DNA from: Nemertoderma westbladi
Lineage: Eukaryota > Animalia > Xenacoelomorpha
DNA: 64,000 bases
Assembly (NCBI GenBank): GCA_032718475.1
Contig: JAUCBJ010006472.1
Location: 1-64,000, forward strand
Direction of reading: 5' to 3'
Made by a program: the position numbers and the translations under genes. This document shows, piece after piece, positions 11,406 to 25,000 of the stretch. Positions within the stretch are counted from its first letter, which is position 1; every line of letters starts with the position of its first letter. Below the pieces are notes generated by a model that had not been told where the DNA came from, searched no databases, and saw only the letters and a list, made by a program, of their open reading frames with translations.

Positions 11406-13016
11406 CTCAGGCGATGAAAGTCATGTCCACAATGTTAAATTGTTATATGATGGTTTAATTATTTTGTTGAATCTGATGTAGAATGTTATCCATTTTATAT
11501 GATGTTATATAGTTGTTTGTACTTGTAGCAGAAGGCCGGTTTGATTTGTGTTATTCGAATTTTGTAGTCTTTTGAACGAATTCATTATTAATAGAGAAAA
11601 AATATTGAAAAAAATGTTCTATGTTTTTTTTCCCATGTAATACGTAATTTTATTCTTAAAGTGGTACTTTTTTGCTGTATTTAATAAAACATAAGAGCGA
11701 TATAGAGTTACAAAATAATTGAACTGCAGTATTTTACTATATTTCTTCCATAGTTAATGCAATTCAAATTACTGAACTCTTCAACTCCTGATGCTGCCTT
11801 ACTTAATGTTAAATAATTGTTCTCGAGTGTTCTCGAATATTTATATTTATTCCGTTTAATGCAAACCTTTTCTACGTCGATGCTGTTTCAACACCACGTA
11901 ATAAAGTTTAAGAAATTCCACCAAAATATTCTAATTATACTTTTTTCGCCGGGAAAAAAATAAAATCAATGCAATCCTATGGGTTTCTTTTTTCCTGCGG
12001 AAGAAATGTACTCCTTTTCTGCCGATTTAGGCCTATATGTAGGCCTATATTCGAGCGAAAAGTAACAATTTAAGAATAAAAGCCTATTTTATTGTTTTAC
12101 AGTTCATTAAATAGTTGTTGTTACTTTCCTATTATTTCTATTTCGGTTCATTTTAAAGTGGTTACGAAGTACAATTATTCTTAAACATTAAATTTTGAAT
12201 ATAATAATGTTTTTGAAAATCAATGTAATTTGTTATATTTCTCTCACTGTCTTTCCTCGACTATAAAATATTTGAGAAAGGGGCACAAAATTCTGCTTTG
12301 GAAACAATATGTAATCCACTAATGAGTTACTTATACGTGTATACACATCAGTTTCAAACATGTCCCATGTTGTAACAAGTGTGGATAGCCTTCGCAAACA
12401 CGCATTTGTTTCGCATCTGTTGAATCTACTGGTTAGCGGATTTGTTTTCCATGTGCAAGTGTGAAAAGCCTTTGCAAGCACGTATGCGTTTCGCATCTGT
12501 CAAAATTATATTGCTTTGGGGATATGTTTGCCATGTACAAAGACACATTTGGAACATGTAAGCCAACCCTGTGTCATTTCATAATGCGCTGCGCATGTGT
12601 GAATTAGTCGTATGACAAATGCGTTCCACATACGTATTTTTCACTGGGATGTAGTTATTGTTGTCAATTTAATGACTTTTTATGTATGTATTTCTTCAAA
12701 CTGTCAGACTGCTGATTTCTGGACTGTCAGACAGTTGATTTCAACATGCCTATATATGCCAAAACATTCAAAATTTGTTGATTTCTGGACTGTCAGACAG
12801 TTTAATTTACAATAATTGTGGCAAAACATTCAAAATTCCATAATTTATAGACTATGATATAGATTTCCATATGCGCCTGTGGTAAAAGACTCTAAATTTA
12901 ATAGTAATAAATAAAATTTAAAACTAAATTTAATAGCCTGTGGTTGTAGTTGTAGTCGATAATCGATTACCATATGACGTAGCAATAAAGCACTCATTTT
13001 ATAGTCAAAAACAATT

Positions 13017-13311
13017 ACCAATTGATGGAAAGGAGCAGGTTGGAGAGGACGGATTTTCTTACCATAACAATAAACAGTCATTTTACCAAATAAAGGAAAG
13101 GAGCAGGTTACAGAGGCGGGCCTTTCTAACCTTAACAATAAACGGTCACTTTACCAAATCAGGGAAAGTAGCAGGTTACAGAGGCGGGATTTTCTAAACC
13201 AAAACAATAAACGATCATTTGACAATTTGAGGAAAAGGAGCAGGTTACATAGGCGGGATTTTCTAACCAAAACAATAAACAGTTACTTTACCAAATGAAA
13301 GAAAGGAGCAG
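13017..13311. repeat. About 60-bp minisatellite, about 5 units
   Basis: Unit AAAGGAGCAGGTTACAGAGGCGGGATTTTCTAACCAAAACAATAAACGGTCACTTTACCAAAT; related units at about 55765-55925 (plus) and 58800-58870 (minus). Confidence 0.9.
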
Positions 13312-14283
13312 AAAAATATAAAACCATTGATTAATAATTGTTCACCATTTGGAAAAATCATCTAACATTATAAATATATTATCCTTGAGACCCTCTTGAT
13401 TTCTAATAGTGGACCAATTTAAATGGACCTGTGGTAGTCCCGTAACCATGGTTACAAGTCACTAAATATATTCTGCCAAATTTAATATACAGTATTCCGA
13501 ACTATCTAAAAAAATTCAATTTTGTATCTAGTGTCTTACATGTTGCCAAGTCCATAGACAATTACTTTCCGACCACTCAAGTTTGTCTCTGTTGCCATGG
13601 TAACCGATAACATTTGGAATGTGGACAAAATATTGAAAAATACATGTTTAGTATACTTCAACTTTAATCATACGGTATGCACTAATCTTAGTTTCTCATT
13701 ACACAGTAGAGGTTTATGACCACTAGAACAGTCAATATAGTTACCATAACAACGGGTATGTTTTATTATTTATGCACTTCCGATTTCTTATTTTTTCATA
13801 TTTTCCTATATTTGCTAATATGCAAATTTGCTATTTGTTATTATTATATGCTATTTTTTAAATGTAAAAATATGTAATGCAGAATATATTTAGTTTCTTG
13901 TAACCATGGTTACAGGACTACCACAGGTCCATTTAAATTGGTCCACTAGGCCTACTGGAAATCAAGAGTGTCTCAGGGATATTATACAGTATTTACTGTA
14001 TTGGTAACACTAATGATTTTTCCAAATGGGGAACAATTATTAATCAATGGTTTTATATTTTTCGGATATTTACTGAAAATCGGCGTTTGAAACTTGTTTT
14101 TGAAACAGTTGCCATGGCAACCGGGTTTTACAAATGACGTTAATGGAATCTCTGATGCTGATATATGGGGGGTAGGTCAAGGTTAGAAGACTGTAGCTTT
14201 ATTGGAAAGTGGATTTTTGTAAATGACCTCCTGTTGTCATGGTAATATGGGACCGATAAATCATGTTGCAAAGTTGGTTCCCC
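13311..14283. mobile_element. Long-TIR foldback MITE with truncated left arm and TTAA terminus (Kolobok-like)
   Basis: 13311-13458 is the inverted copy of 13897-14063; the right arm runs on to ...GTTGGTTCCCC then TTAA at 14284-14287. Confidence 0.7.
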
Positions 14284-16418
14284 TTAAAAAATGAAAGGTT
14301 TGGAAATTACCTACACCTATGCCAATTATGGGAAGTTTGTCCAGAACGTCCACATTAACTTGCTAAGCGACCTGACTACTTACAGTACACGCCATGTAAT
14401 GAATAATAATTGCGCTACACAACGCGCACGACTACTGATTACTAGACAAATCTATCAGGGCTAGAGCCCCGGAAGTGGAACAATCTTCCTATTCTATGTA
14501 GTAAGACAAGCAACAACTTTTACATTTTTCAAAAAACTACTACTGTATGCGAGTCGCTGAGCTCAAGTCTCAAATTGTGGTAAACTATTAAAATATACCC
14601 ACGTCCTTATTTATCAACACACCTCTGAAATTCTTTTTACGGTACTACAGTATTTTCATCATATTTCCTTACGAACTTATGTACTGTATATGCAGTCTAC
14701 ACTACTGCTCTGGTTAGATGGATATGATTGCTAGAGACGGGAGGGGGGTCCCTCTATCTGGCGGTTGGCTATGTTCGTACAGTAGAAATACTGTATAATA
14801 AAATGTCATTAAATCAGGCCAAATGTCGTTAAAATTGCCAACGTTTTATTTTATAAAGCGTGATTTGTGATTCAAATTTACAAAATAAAAAATAAAGCTT
14901 AATATGTACCAATAAAAAAAACTCCCCAATCAGAGATCAAGACTTGTATGATAGCATGATTTTTCAATTATTACAACTAACATCAGATCTGATGTTCTGT
15001 ATTTCCTGTAAAGAAGCATGCACATAATGTTGGAATAGGCTACTGTAGGCCCCTATATTGATATTGATTGCATATTATATGTGGCGGTATTTGAAGAAAG
15101 AGCACTTAAAGTAAAGTAAATGAGACACGTTTAAGTTTTAGCAATTTTTATTGGTTCAAAAGTTGTTTAAATATTATTGTATGGGGGAAATTCAAACTGT
15201 TTTCTGTCATAATCTGTAATTTTGTCAAAGAAAACGTTATACTGTACTGTAATATGTAATATTTATACTGTAACTCGCCATACCTGTGCCTTGGTAGTAC
15301 TGTTGTAGGCCCAGGCCTACTACAGTATACTATAATATTAGGCCATGGACTTTTAGAATATTAATTTATACCTTTAATACTGTATTTAGGTATAAATAGC
15401 GTTCTATAAGTCCATGATTAGGCCTACTTATACTGTACTTACTTCACCTTTAGGTTTGTTGTTGTTAAAGATGGCCTTGAAGGCCAATATGATTGCAGGT
15501 TAGTGTTTTATAATTTTTGAGATAAATGAATATAACAATTTTAATACAATAAAATACATTTTTTTGAATATTTTAAAAAAAAATTAGAAAAAAAATTAAA
15601 ATTAAAAAAAATTTAAGAAAAAATGTTGAAATTATGAAATTTCGAAATTTTTCATTCTTTTTTCAATTTCAAAAAAATTCCACGAAACCCGACTGAAGTA
15701 TCGAGCACAAACTTTTCTTTCAGTCAGATTTTGAAAAAATAATTTCAATTATAAATCTTGTTTTAGATTTAAATAATATGCTTAATTACAACCCACAAAT
15801 AATTAAAATTAGATTTGCCATTGTTCGTATGTAATTAGCACATACAGCTTTTACGCCTCTCGTATTGTTATTTCGACATCACAACATCACTCCTGCCATA
15901 ACGCAATAAAGTACTATTTTATTTTATTAACAATCACGTATACAGTTGCACCCAAAATGCAGCCTGAGTTCCCAAAGAAACTTAATTAAATTTCTAGTAG
16001 CCACCACCATTTCTCGAGGATGCATGCAGACTTTGTCAGCACTACAATGAGTCGGAGTGTCTGCCACACATGGCGCCATTATCTCACTTTCCTAGTTCCC
16101 ATATAAAGCTTTTGGAGCACACATTTTGCTTACAATCCGTGTGCTCGCAAGGACAGTCGGAGTTGTTGCTACAGTAGCCACCTGCGTTGCAATCTCGTTT
16201 TTGTACCTAAAATATAACGAAATGTAAATGTATCTTTACCAGTAATACATATTACATTAATTTCATGAGATTTTTATCAAAATTTAACAGCAATCTTTGT
16301 AATAATGATTGTAGCAGTACGGTGTACTGTAACAATTTTCATGTTCTATTTACCGATTCAGCTTACCAGCTGCTAACTTCAATGAGATCTAGTATTTAGA
16401 TTCCATTGGTACGCATTT

Positions 16419-17675
16419 GACTCGCGGACCATGGAGCATATTTTGACACTTAGAAGGATAATTGAAGAGTTTTCAAAAAAGAAAGACAGGCATCTGGCTG
16501 TTATCTTTGTTGACTTTTTCAAGGCCTTTGATTCAGTCTCTCGCTCACGTATGTTCAGCATACTTTTATTATATGGGATTCCTGATGAAATTATTGCAGC
16601 AATCAGATCAGTATACGATGGTTCGACAACATTTGTGTCTACTGTTGACGGTGACACAGAACCATTTGAAGTGTTATGGGGCGTCCTCCAAGGAGACACA
16701 CTTGCACCATTCTTGTTCATTATTGTTGTTGACTATGTTCTACGCATATCCTTAGATCATCATAATGATGATGGGGTGATGATAACTCCACCTACTGGCT
16801 CCAGAAGTCGAGGAAATTATGCCAAGTACCTAACTGATCTAGACTTTGCTGATGACTTAGGAGTACTCTCAGAATCAATCATTAGAGGGAGCCCAACGGC
16901 TCCTCAGCTCATTAGAACGTGCTGCTTCTAGTGTTGGTCTTTTTATTAACTCCAGAAAGACCAAAATTTTGACAGTTAACTTTGAGAGTCTTCATCAAGT
17001 CTCTGATCGGATGAGCATAAGCTCAAAAGATGGTATGCTTGAGCATGTGGATGACTTCTATTACCTGGGATCATGGATCCGGAAGTCAGGTGAGGACCTT
17101 CGAATACGTAAGGGAAAGGCATGGGCAGCCTTGAATAGGCTCCCCAGGATTTGGAAGTCACCGAGAATTAATCGGAAACTTAAGGCCCGGTTATTTAGAG
17201 CAGCAGTAGTTCCAGTACTCCTCTATGGGAGACCATGCTGGGCTCTAACTGCCGAGGACAACAAATCTCTGGATGGCACATTCACAAGAATGCTACGCCG
17301 GGTTCATTGTGTCAAGTACAATGCACACATCTCCAACCAGACACTATATAACATTGGAGGTGTCTCATTGGTTCCCCCAAGCTTGACACTATAACAAAAT
17401 CGCCTCCGCTTTGCAGGACATTGCTTTCGCCGTGAGGACCAGCCAGTGCATAATCTTGTACTTTGGCAGCCTCATGGAGTGAATAAGCATGGTGGGCAGC
17501 CCATGACTTTCTTGAGACGCATCTTAAAGGACACTGGCCTTGAAGATGCGGATGATCTAGCAATTGTCATGGGTGATAGGGAGTTGTGGCGGTGCAATTT
17601 TGTCGATAAGCCGGCACAGCATTCTTAAAAATGCAGCTGCAATGCAGCATGCCGATCCTAGTAGTAGTAGTAGTA
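16419..17675 (+). mobile_element. 5'-truncated RTE-clade LINE
   Basis: RT motifs FVDFFKAFDSV, GVLQGDTLAPFLF, DLDFADDL, FYYLGS; frameshift and stop present; (TAG)n tail; 11-bp TSD GGTACGCATTT at 16408-16418 and 17676-17686. Confidence 0.93.
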
Positions 17676-17737
17676 GGTACGCATTTATTTTGGGAAAACC
17701 AATTCAGTAAGCGAGCATTTAGTATACAGTATGTAAT

Positions 17738-17850
17738 AGTAAAGTAAAGTAAATTTTCTGACGACTTATTTCCAATGCGGTCCCCGCAGAACTATACTCC
17801 CCAGAGGAAACTTCAGTACTCATTTAGCTACCACTTAAGGATGCAAGACA
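17738..17850 (-). mobile_element. SINE fragment
   Basis: (GTAAA)n tail on the plus strand and GTACTCATTT (reverse complement AAATGAGTAC), resembling the core of the SINE at 20931-21210. Boundaries approximate. Confidence 0.35.
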
Positions 17851-18589
17851 GAGATGCGCCTAGGAGAGTAGATAGCAGCCAATAAGCTACTGTAGGAAGT
17901 GTTACCATTTAGAATTTATGTGCGGCAATCGCAATGCTTGGACTGCGATCAACTTGGGTACCAGTACCAGTTCTTGGAGGGAGCAAGGGATATACAGTAG
18001 TATTACAGAAGCTCAAAAGTTTGTTACACTGAAGCTGACGATGTGGTATCTTAAGATAACTGAATGACTTATAACGAAAAAAACTATTGCATACAAAGTA
18101 CAGTACTGTATAACATCATAAAATCATTATTATATAGTAAACAGTTTATTTTCATTTCATTTCATTTCTTTTTATTTTATTTTATTTTTTTGGAATTTAT
18201 TTTTAGAGTGAAAATATTATTTATAATTGAAATTATTTTTTCAAATGCTATTAGCGATCTATTTTGTGTTTGGCGACTTACCGCTAGGATGTTAGATTGC
18301 CTTTCATTCCATTGCTTTGTTGCGGCTAACGTTGTTGTTATCAATGCCCCGATTATAAGACATGCTGTTAGAGTAAAGCGATTCGTAATCATCATTAAAA
18401 ATACAGATGGAATAGTTCAGTATATACTGTAGGCTTTCAGTAGGTATGGAATATTTGTGCAGCAAAACAGCAGTAAATAATTAAATATTCGTTGACACGG
18501 AAAATGTAAAGTATATTTTGTCTCGATTAATAACTAATGACGAAATAATGAATAACATGGTCAGGTCTTCTGGTGATTGAACCAGAAAA

Positions 18590-20090
18590 CTTTACCACCT
18601 CCACTCAGCGTAAGGGAGGTGCCACCTGTGGCTGCCTATAGACTCCCTTACTAAGGGCATAATCTGGTCTTGTGACAAGGACCCCCTTCGTTCTGGAATA
18701 GGAACGCACTTTGGTCCTGAGTTAAGGACCCATGTACTCGGCTGCAGGGGTTGTATATGGCCTGATCACTGATCAGATAGAAGGAATGCTACCAGTGGCT
18801 TATCAAAAGTAGAGCGCTGTCATTTCCCACTTGAGTGCACTTTACTGCGACATGCACCTGGCGGAAGGGGTGCAAGGCATGGCCTAGCAGATGAGCTGTA
18901 TAGTATAGCCAATATAGCTGTACAGTGAATTACAGTACCATGTGCTTCTATGTGTTCTTGTATGGGTGATGCCCCACATCTGACTCTACTGGGACACACA
19001 CCATGCCCTGGGAATGGCAAACCAGGGTGTGTTATTTGCCGGAGAGCTTACTCGGCAAAAAAGCGCCCCCAGTGATCACAGCGGTCACAATGAGCCAGTG
19101 GAATTACCTGACACAAATTTACTTACAGAAGGGACACAAATGGACAAATAGACACAAACTGCGCGTCAGTTATCTCCTGGTCCTTTACTGGTGACCTTTC
19201 CGACCCAAACCCTGGGTCACCAGGGAAGAGAGATTGCGAAGGGGAGGGGGATTCTGGATTTGGAGGCTACTCCCATGTTCCACCCCGACCTACCGACCGC
19301 TACCAAGCCATTGGTGAACCTGAGGCATGTCACTACTACTGTATCCTCAGTTAATACCTGAACGCTGGAACCCCAATTCGACAAGGTGAGCTAACAATCA
19401 TGACAGAAAAGCCTTAGTGCAGTGGGTGTACAAGAGCATCGAATGCAGACCAACAAACAACCAAAGTAAAGGATGAATCTTCCACATGATCGCCTCAATG
19501 GTTGGAAGGCCCACTTTGAAAAGCTCCTATACTGTACAATTGCATGATAACTTTGATATACTTCGATGTCTGAGTCTGTACTGAAATATATCACCATTTG
19601 GTTACATCTCTTTGGTGGTAACCATAGGGGGTGATGGTAACACCCCCTACTAGCAAAAGAAATAGAGGAAATCTAACAAAGTGCCTTACTGAGCTAGAAT
19701 TTGCTGATAACTTAGGAGTACTGTCAGAATTACTATAGGGAGCCTAAAGACTCCTCTACTCATTAGAGCAGGTTGCTTCTAGTTGGTTGATGTTGGTTTA
19801 CACTCAGAAGATAATAAGAGAAGAACATACGCTGTTATCTACAGTAGTTTAGAAGAGTCTGAACCCAGTACCCAGTGTTGGCCTTTCTGTGAATAGCAAT
19901 AAAACCAAAATGCTGACAGTAAAAATAAACTCAGTACTCAGGCCAGAATAAAATTGATCGTGATAACACTCAATCACTTGATGGACTGGTGACTCAACAA
20001 GTGAATACCTTGGGCTCATGGGGTCGGAGGTCAGCTGAAGGAAGATCTCCGAATTCGCAAAGGAAAGCCGGCGGTCCTGGTATGCCATTC
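18590..20090. mobile_element. Degraded RTE-like LINE pieces
   Basis: 19675-19785 aligns to 16820-16930 (LTELEFADNLGVLS); 19980-20070 resembles YLGS...DLRIRKGK; WKAHFEKLL at about 19503. The 18590-19390 part is GC-richer, UTR-like, and only tentatively assigned. Confidence 0.6.
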
Positions 20091-20800
20091 ACCCGGTGGG
20101 TCCGCAGGTGGGGGGCGCTATGATGCTGGGTACGCCGGCACTGCACCTTAGCACAATCTGATCATAATCATTGTCCTGCCTACATTTAAATAAAAGTTGG
20201 TCTCGAGAAAAAAGCAATCATAATTTTCGAGAAAAGAAGGACATCAAAATGTAGTGGTGCTTTACAGTTTAGGACTATAAGTAGTACTACAGTATATATA
20301 CTGATCTAATGAACTGTAGTTGTTCATTAAAATATAATGGCCGGATGGGTAGAAATTTCAAAGGCAATAAATTCCACTGCAAGTTGTTTCTGAAGGTCAT
20401 TAAGGTATAATTGTGTGGTGGGTAAGGACTTCAAAGAAAATCGCACTGCAGTATAGTTGTTAGTATCAGTGTCTGAAAGCGCAGTAATAAGTAATGAGCA
20501 GATTGCACCAGGATCAGGAAGAAAACCGATCATGTTTATTTATATTCGAACTGGTCTTCATAATATATTGTATAACAGATATTGGAGATACAGTTAGGCC
20601 CTTCTTATACCTTGAAATTAAGTAACTTAGTAACAGCAATAATTAGAACTAAAACAAATTCTAGTGAAAATTCACCAATAAACATAGTTAGTTAACCAAA
20701 AGCTCTTGTTAGTTATTCATTTATTTATAATTTTCAAGCCTCATTCTACCGAAACTAACTCAAAGCAAATGTTATTTATGTACAGTAGCACTGCAACGAG

Positions 20801-21307
20801 CAGGCCCGTAGCCATGGGGCGGAGGGGGGGGGGGGGGGGGGGGGGGGGGTTCGTTGGTTCGAACGAACCCCCTTTTGAGAAAAGTGCCCTTTTACCTTTT
20901 AGAGAAATGTTCTCCTTTTATATTCACCTATAAGCAGCATCTTGGTCTAGCATCCTGGGCTTCCATTAGGAGGCACTGGTTCAATCCCTTGATGGGGCAG
21001 CACTGTTTGGGCCCCGTGCTTTAAATGCTGCAACCAAGCCCAACCCTGGCTTTCACCCTTAACTGGTCGATAAATGGGAACCAAGGCAACCTGGGAAACA
21101 GAGTGGAAGGGTTTACTGTGGAAGATCACCACCCATGGTGGTGATTCCTTGGCTTAACGAGCCTAAAAGATTATATCTAACCACTCCCCCTATTCCTACC
21201 TTATGCTCTGGCTAAACCAATGGATATTTGTCATTATTTTAACAAATTGAAAAAGTGCCCTTTTTTTAAGAAGCGACCGCCCTTTTAAAATCCTGGCTAC
21301 GGCCCTG
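20801..21307. mobile_element. hAT-like MITE
   Basis: TIR CAGGCCCGTAGCCA / TGGCTACGGCCCTG; GGTTCG..CGAACCC subterminal motif; TSD not recognisable. Confidence 0.65.
20931..21210 (+). mobile_element. tRNA-derived SINE nested in the hAT-like MITE
   Basis: A-box-like TGGTCTAGC, B-box GGTTCAATCCC, central CTTTCACCCTT..GGTCGATAAATGGGAACC core. Confidence 0.55.
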
Positions 21308-22001
21308 ACCAAAGCGAAAAAAAAAAATCAAAAGCTTTTTGCGTATGCAAAAAGTTTAATAACAAACTCTACAATAATTTTGGTTGCGCACAAGACAGTA
21401 TATTTTATGTGGCGTTTTGATCCCGGGGTCACTGAAAAATAGCGGTTTTGAAAATTTTAAGTCGAATTTCACCGATTTCAACTCGTCGAATATGCACCAA
21501 CTTTTTTATTTGGGCTATTCAGTCATTTGAGTAACATATTTGAGCCTCAGAATCTTTTCAAATATCGCCTATCTCGCACAGAACGTCGCGTTAGTTGTTA
21601 GTCCGGCAAAAAACGCACTAATTCTTCTAAAAGAGCAAATTATTGGTTGCAGAATAATATTATTCAACTAGAAAAGCTAGTAAGCTGACTATAAGGAGAC
21701 CGTCCATAGTTAGTATTTTTTTGAAAATAAAAAAAATTTTACTTTTGTTTTGTTAACATTATTAGTTATGGTAGCTATGGTATTTTTATGGAGCTTGTGA
21801 ATTATTTACTAGTTAGTAATAGTATGTATTTAAAATGTTTAAAACTGATTTTTTTATATATTGCGTATGTATACACCATGTCCCAGAATATTAGAGCTGT
21901 AATTGTTATATGTTACTGCAGTAACTAATATTTAGGAGCCCGCTCGACAGGCGGGATACTTACTGTAAAAATCTGCGGGATACTTACTGTAAAAATCTCA
22001 G

Positions 22002-22071
22002 GACTGACTCAACACTGACTCAATACTCAACACTGACTGACTGACTGACTGACTGACTGACTGACTGACTG
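22002..22071. repeat. (GACT)n microsatellite
   Basis: Direct reading; preceded by a 23-bp tandem duplication (GCGGGATACTTACTGTAAAAATC). Confidence 0.9.
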
Positions 22072-25000
22072 ATAATTATCTAGGTTCAGGCACTTCCTGC
22101 CTGGCGATTTTGTTGAAATTTTACAAGTAAATTGCTTTGGTGGTTCATAATCGCGTTACAAAATATCAGATCAATTCAATGTGTGGTATTCGATATATTT
22201 CGTTTTTTTGAAATTATTTTGTCGCGAAATTAAAAGCAATGGTAAAGTAACAACTCCTGCCTGAGCTGTCAGCAGCTAGCTGTGTAGAAATGGTTGAGTG
22301 CAGGGCTGCCTGAGATAGAATTCCATCAAGGCAGAATTTCTTGACTACACCCCTCCTGCTGCTGGCTGCTGGTCTGAGTCTACACATCCTTTATCAGCTC
22401 TCAGGGATAGACAGAAAATAGTTGAGTTGTCAATAAACAAAATAAATTATACCACTGCAGTAGGATTATATTATTATTCCACGAATCATTGGGCTGATTA
22501 TTTTGTATAGGATATATGTAGAATGTTCTTAAAAATAATATTCTTATTTTTTTTATTACATAGGATTAGCATCATTTTTTAGCTGAAGCATTAATAGTGC
22601 AAATTAATTTAATTATATTTTAATACCATTACTACATTGGCATAAGATAAGTTTTAACATTTCTTACAAATATTATAAAACTCAATAGTGGTGCGAGCAT
22701 AAAACTCAAATCACGCAAATTTAAAAGAACCGGGTGTGTTGTCATAATATCTATCTCCATAGGTTATTCTGCTTGACTGGGTCTGGGTGCGGCTTTGCTT
22801 TTGGGACGGGGTGCTGATTGAAAGGGGGGTTGAAGGGGGGAACTGTCCCCCCTTTTCACTTTGACTGATTTGCGGTTTTGTTAAATTTCTTGGATATAGT
22901 TGTTGTGATGCTAAAATTTAATTTGTCTTTGATAATGTATTATTTTGTTTCATATTGTTTAGACCTTAAATTTTCATAATATTTAGTTGAGTTTTTGTTT
23001 ATACATTTGCTCTATAATATATTATATAATTTGTATTTATTCAAAAAATTGAATGAAACTGTTATCACTATTATTATCTTACTACTGTAGAACTACTGAC
23101 ACTAATGTGGAACAGCTAGGATATTTGCGCTTTGTTTGTGTTTTAGTTTTAGTAACTATAGCTACGTACCCCTTTCTATTGTTAGTTTTGTTCTATAATG
23201 CAGCATTGGTTGATTGCCTTAGCAGCCGGTGTTGTAATATTCGTATGGAAATGGAGTCTGCATTTATAATATAGGGTGGTTCTATGGTGGGTTCAGGGTC
23301 ATCACTCGCTCGGTGTCCTGGTTGTGCATCATGGGCATTTTTTCATAAATATTCGGTAATCTTAAATCTTGTAAACGTGCTTGATAATGAAATTATTTGC
23401 TTCATATTATATTTTTGTTAGTGGTAGCAAAGTTTAATTTTTTATTATGTGGGACGATCGACAAAGTCAGCTAGCCTCACGCCTTACAGTTTAGACAATT
23501 GTTTAGTTTAGGCCTACTTACTAGGCCTACAGCTGACTGACATAGTTCATTTGTAATAGTCTTGGCTAGGATTCTTCCCCCGGGCTCCTTCCAGCCAGCT
23601 TGCTGGCTTTCTAGTTAATACAGCAGTATTTTTTGTAGGTATTTTTATTGTTTCATAGATGATTTTATTAATTTATATTTTGACTCTTTAGAGACGCCAT
23701 AATTGCGGGCTATCGCAATGTGTTGGTATTTGTGTCATAGACAGTTTGTCTGTTGCCCTATCTATATTAATGTATAGTGCTAAAACTGTACTGTTTAAAT
23801 TTGTTTAGCCCACGTGAACGCCGAATTCCTTTACCAATGCATTTCAATGGTCAACCAGCCATACTTTGCCGCACTGTAAATTGTGTTATACAAAGTAAAG
23901 AATAAAGATAGAGGCAGGAATAAAGATAAATGATTCAAGCGCACTAATTGGCTGTTCCCATAGATGTTTTAGGCATTGTTGGTGCGCAATGCATATGGTC
24001 AGAGCGACCACCCAGTCTGCCAAAATCTATTATGTAATCAAATGGTACCACAAGCCAAGCAAAGCCTGTGACAGTTCTTTCCGACTCTGCACCTGTTTGT
24101 TTGAAGGTCACCGTCCGTACAGTAGGTCGCTACTCGCTAGCTGTGATTGATAGCTTAAACTGGGTGCCGCTTTGCCAGAAGGCGGTACACATCAATCATC
24201 AATTGAATATGAGGCAAACATTTAAAATATGCTCAAATATACGCCAGCGGCAGGGGATATTTTAATATCTCTATTAAGCTAAAACAACACAAGATTGTAG
24301 CCGTTCTATCTTACTTGAAAGTCGAAAGCCTTTCTTAGTTTTTAAGAAGGAATTCTCGCGCTCTCGTCACCATAGTTATCATATTAATTAAACAGTTAAG
24401 GTAGTACGGGTTGACCTGAGGTGACTAATGAAATGAATAACAAAAGTTATTACAAGCTTTCTCCCAACAGGGCTTCTTTAGGTCATTATAATGAAACTGC
24501 GTATACACAGAGAAACTACAGTGCAGTTTCTCTTATATTAATTGTTAATCTGATATTGTATTATGCTATTAAAATAATCAATCTTGTCAAGCATTAATCT
24601 TGTTTCACTAATTATGTTTCATGTATTATTTGAATGAATGTTTTTTCGAAAGACTTTAGGGTGCCGTAAATTTAATTTGTACTTGCGACCGAAAACCCAT
24701 CCCGTAATGACCTCAGGAACCTCAATTTGATAATTTATGGGAATATAGCTTCTATGCAACAACTGGCCAGCACACAAGTATCACTTTGTTGCCCGCATAA
24801 TATTGTTCCCCGAGAATGCCTCTGCCTCTCAGTTAACTTACCACGAGCTGTCAATCAGGAATACCCCAGAGTTTATTTTCTCAAAGAATTAAAAGTGCCG
24901 CAAACTACCTCAAAGTGACATTTCTCAAAGAATTCAAAGTGCCTAAAAGCAGGAAATCACTTTGAGATTCCCATCCGCAACTAAGTGTCTACAAGAATTC

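Larger units (their letters stand above)
8747..12648 (+). mobile_element. Non-autonomous EnSpm/CMC-like DNA transposon
   Basis: Inverted termini (TACAT)CCCAGTGAAAAAT 8742-8759 and ATTTTTCACTGGG(ATGTA) 12636-12653; 2-bp TSD (AT, or TA if the TIR starts at 8744); carries a DUF4806-like ORF; no transposase seen. Confidence 0.7.

Noticed and set aside
18064-18432. 122-aa hydrophobic ORF
   Set aside because: AT-rich low-complexity sequence without motifs or splice support.
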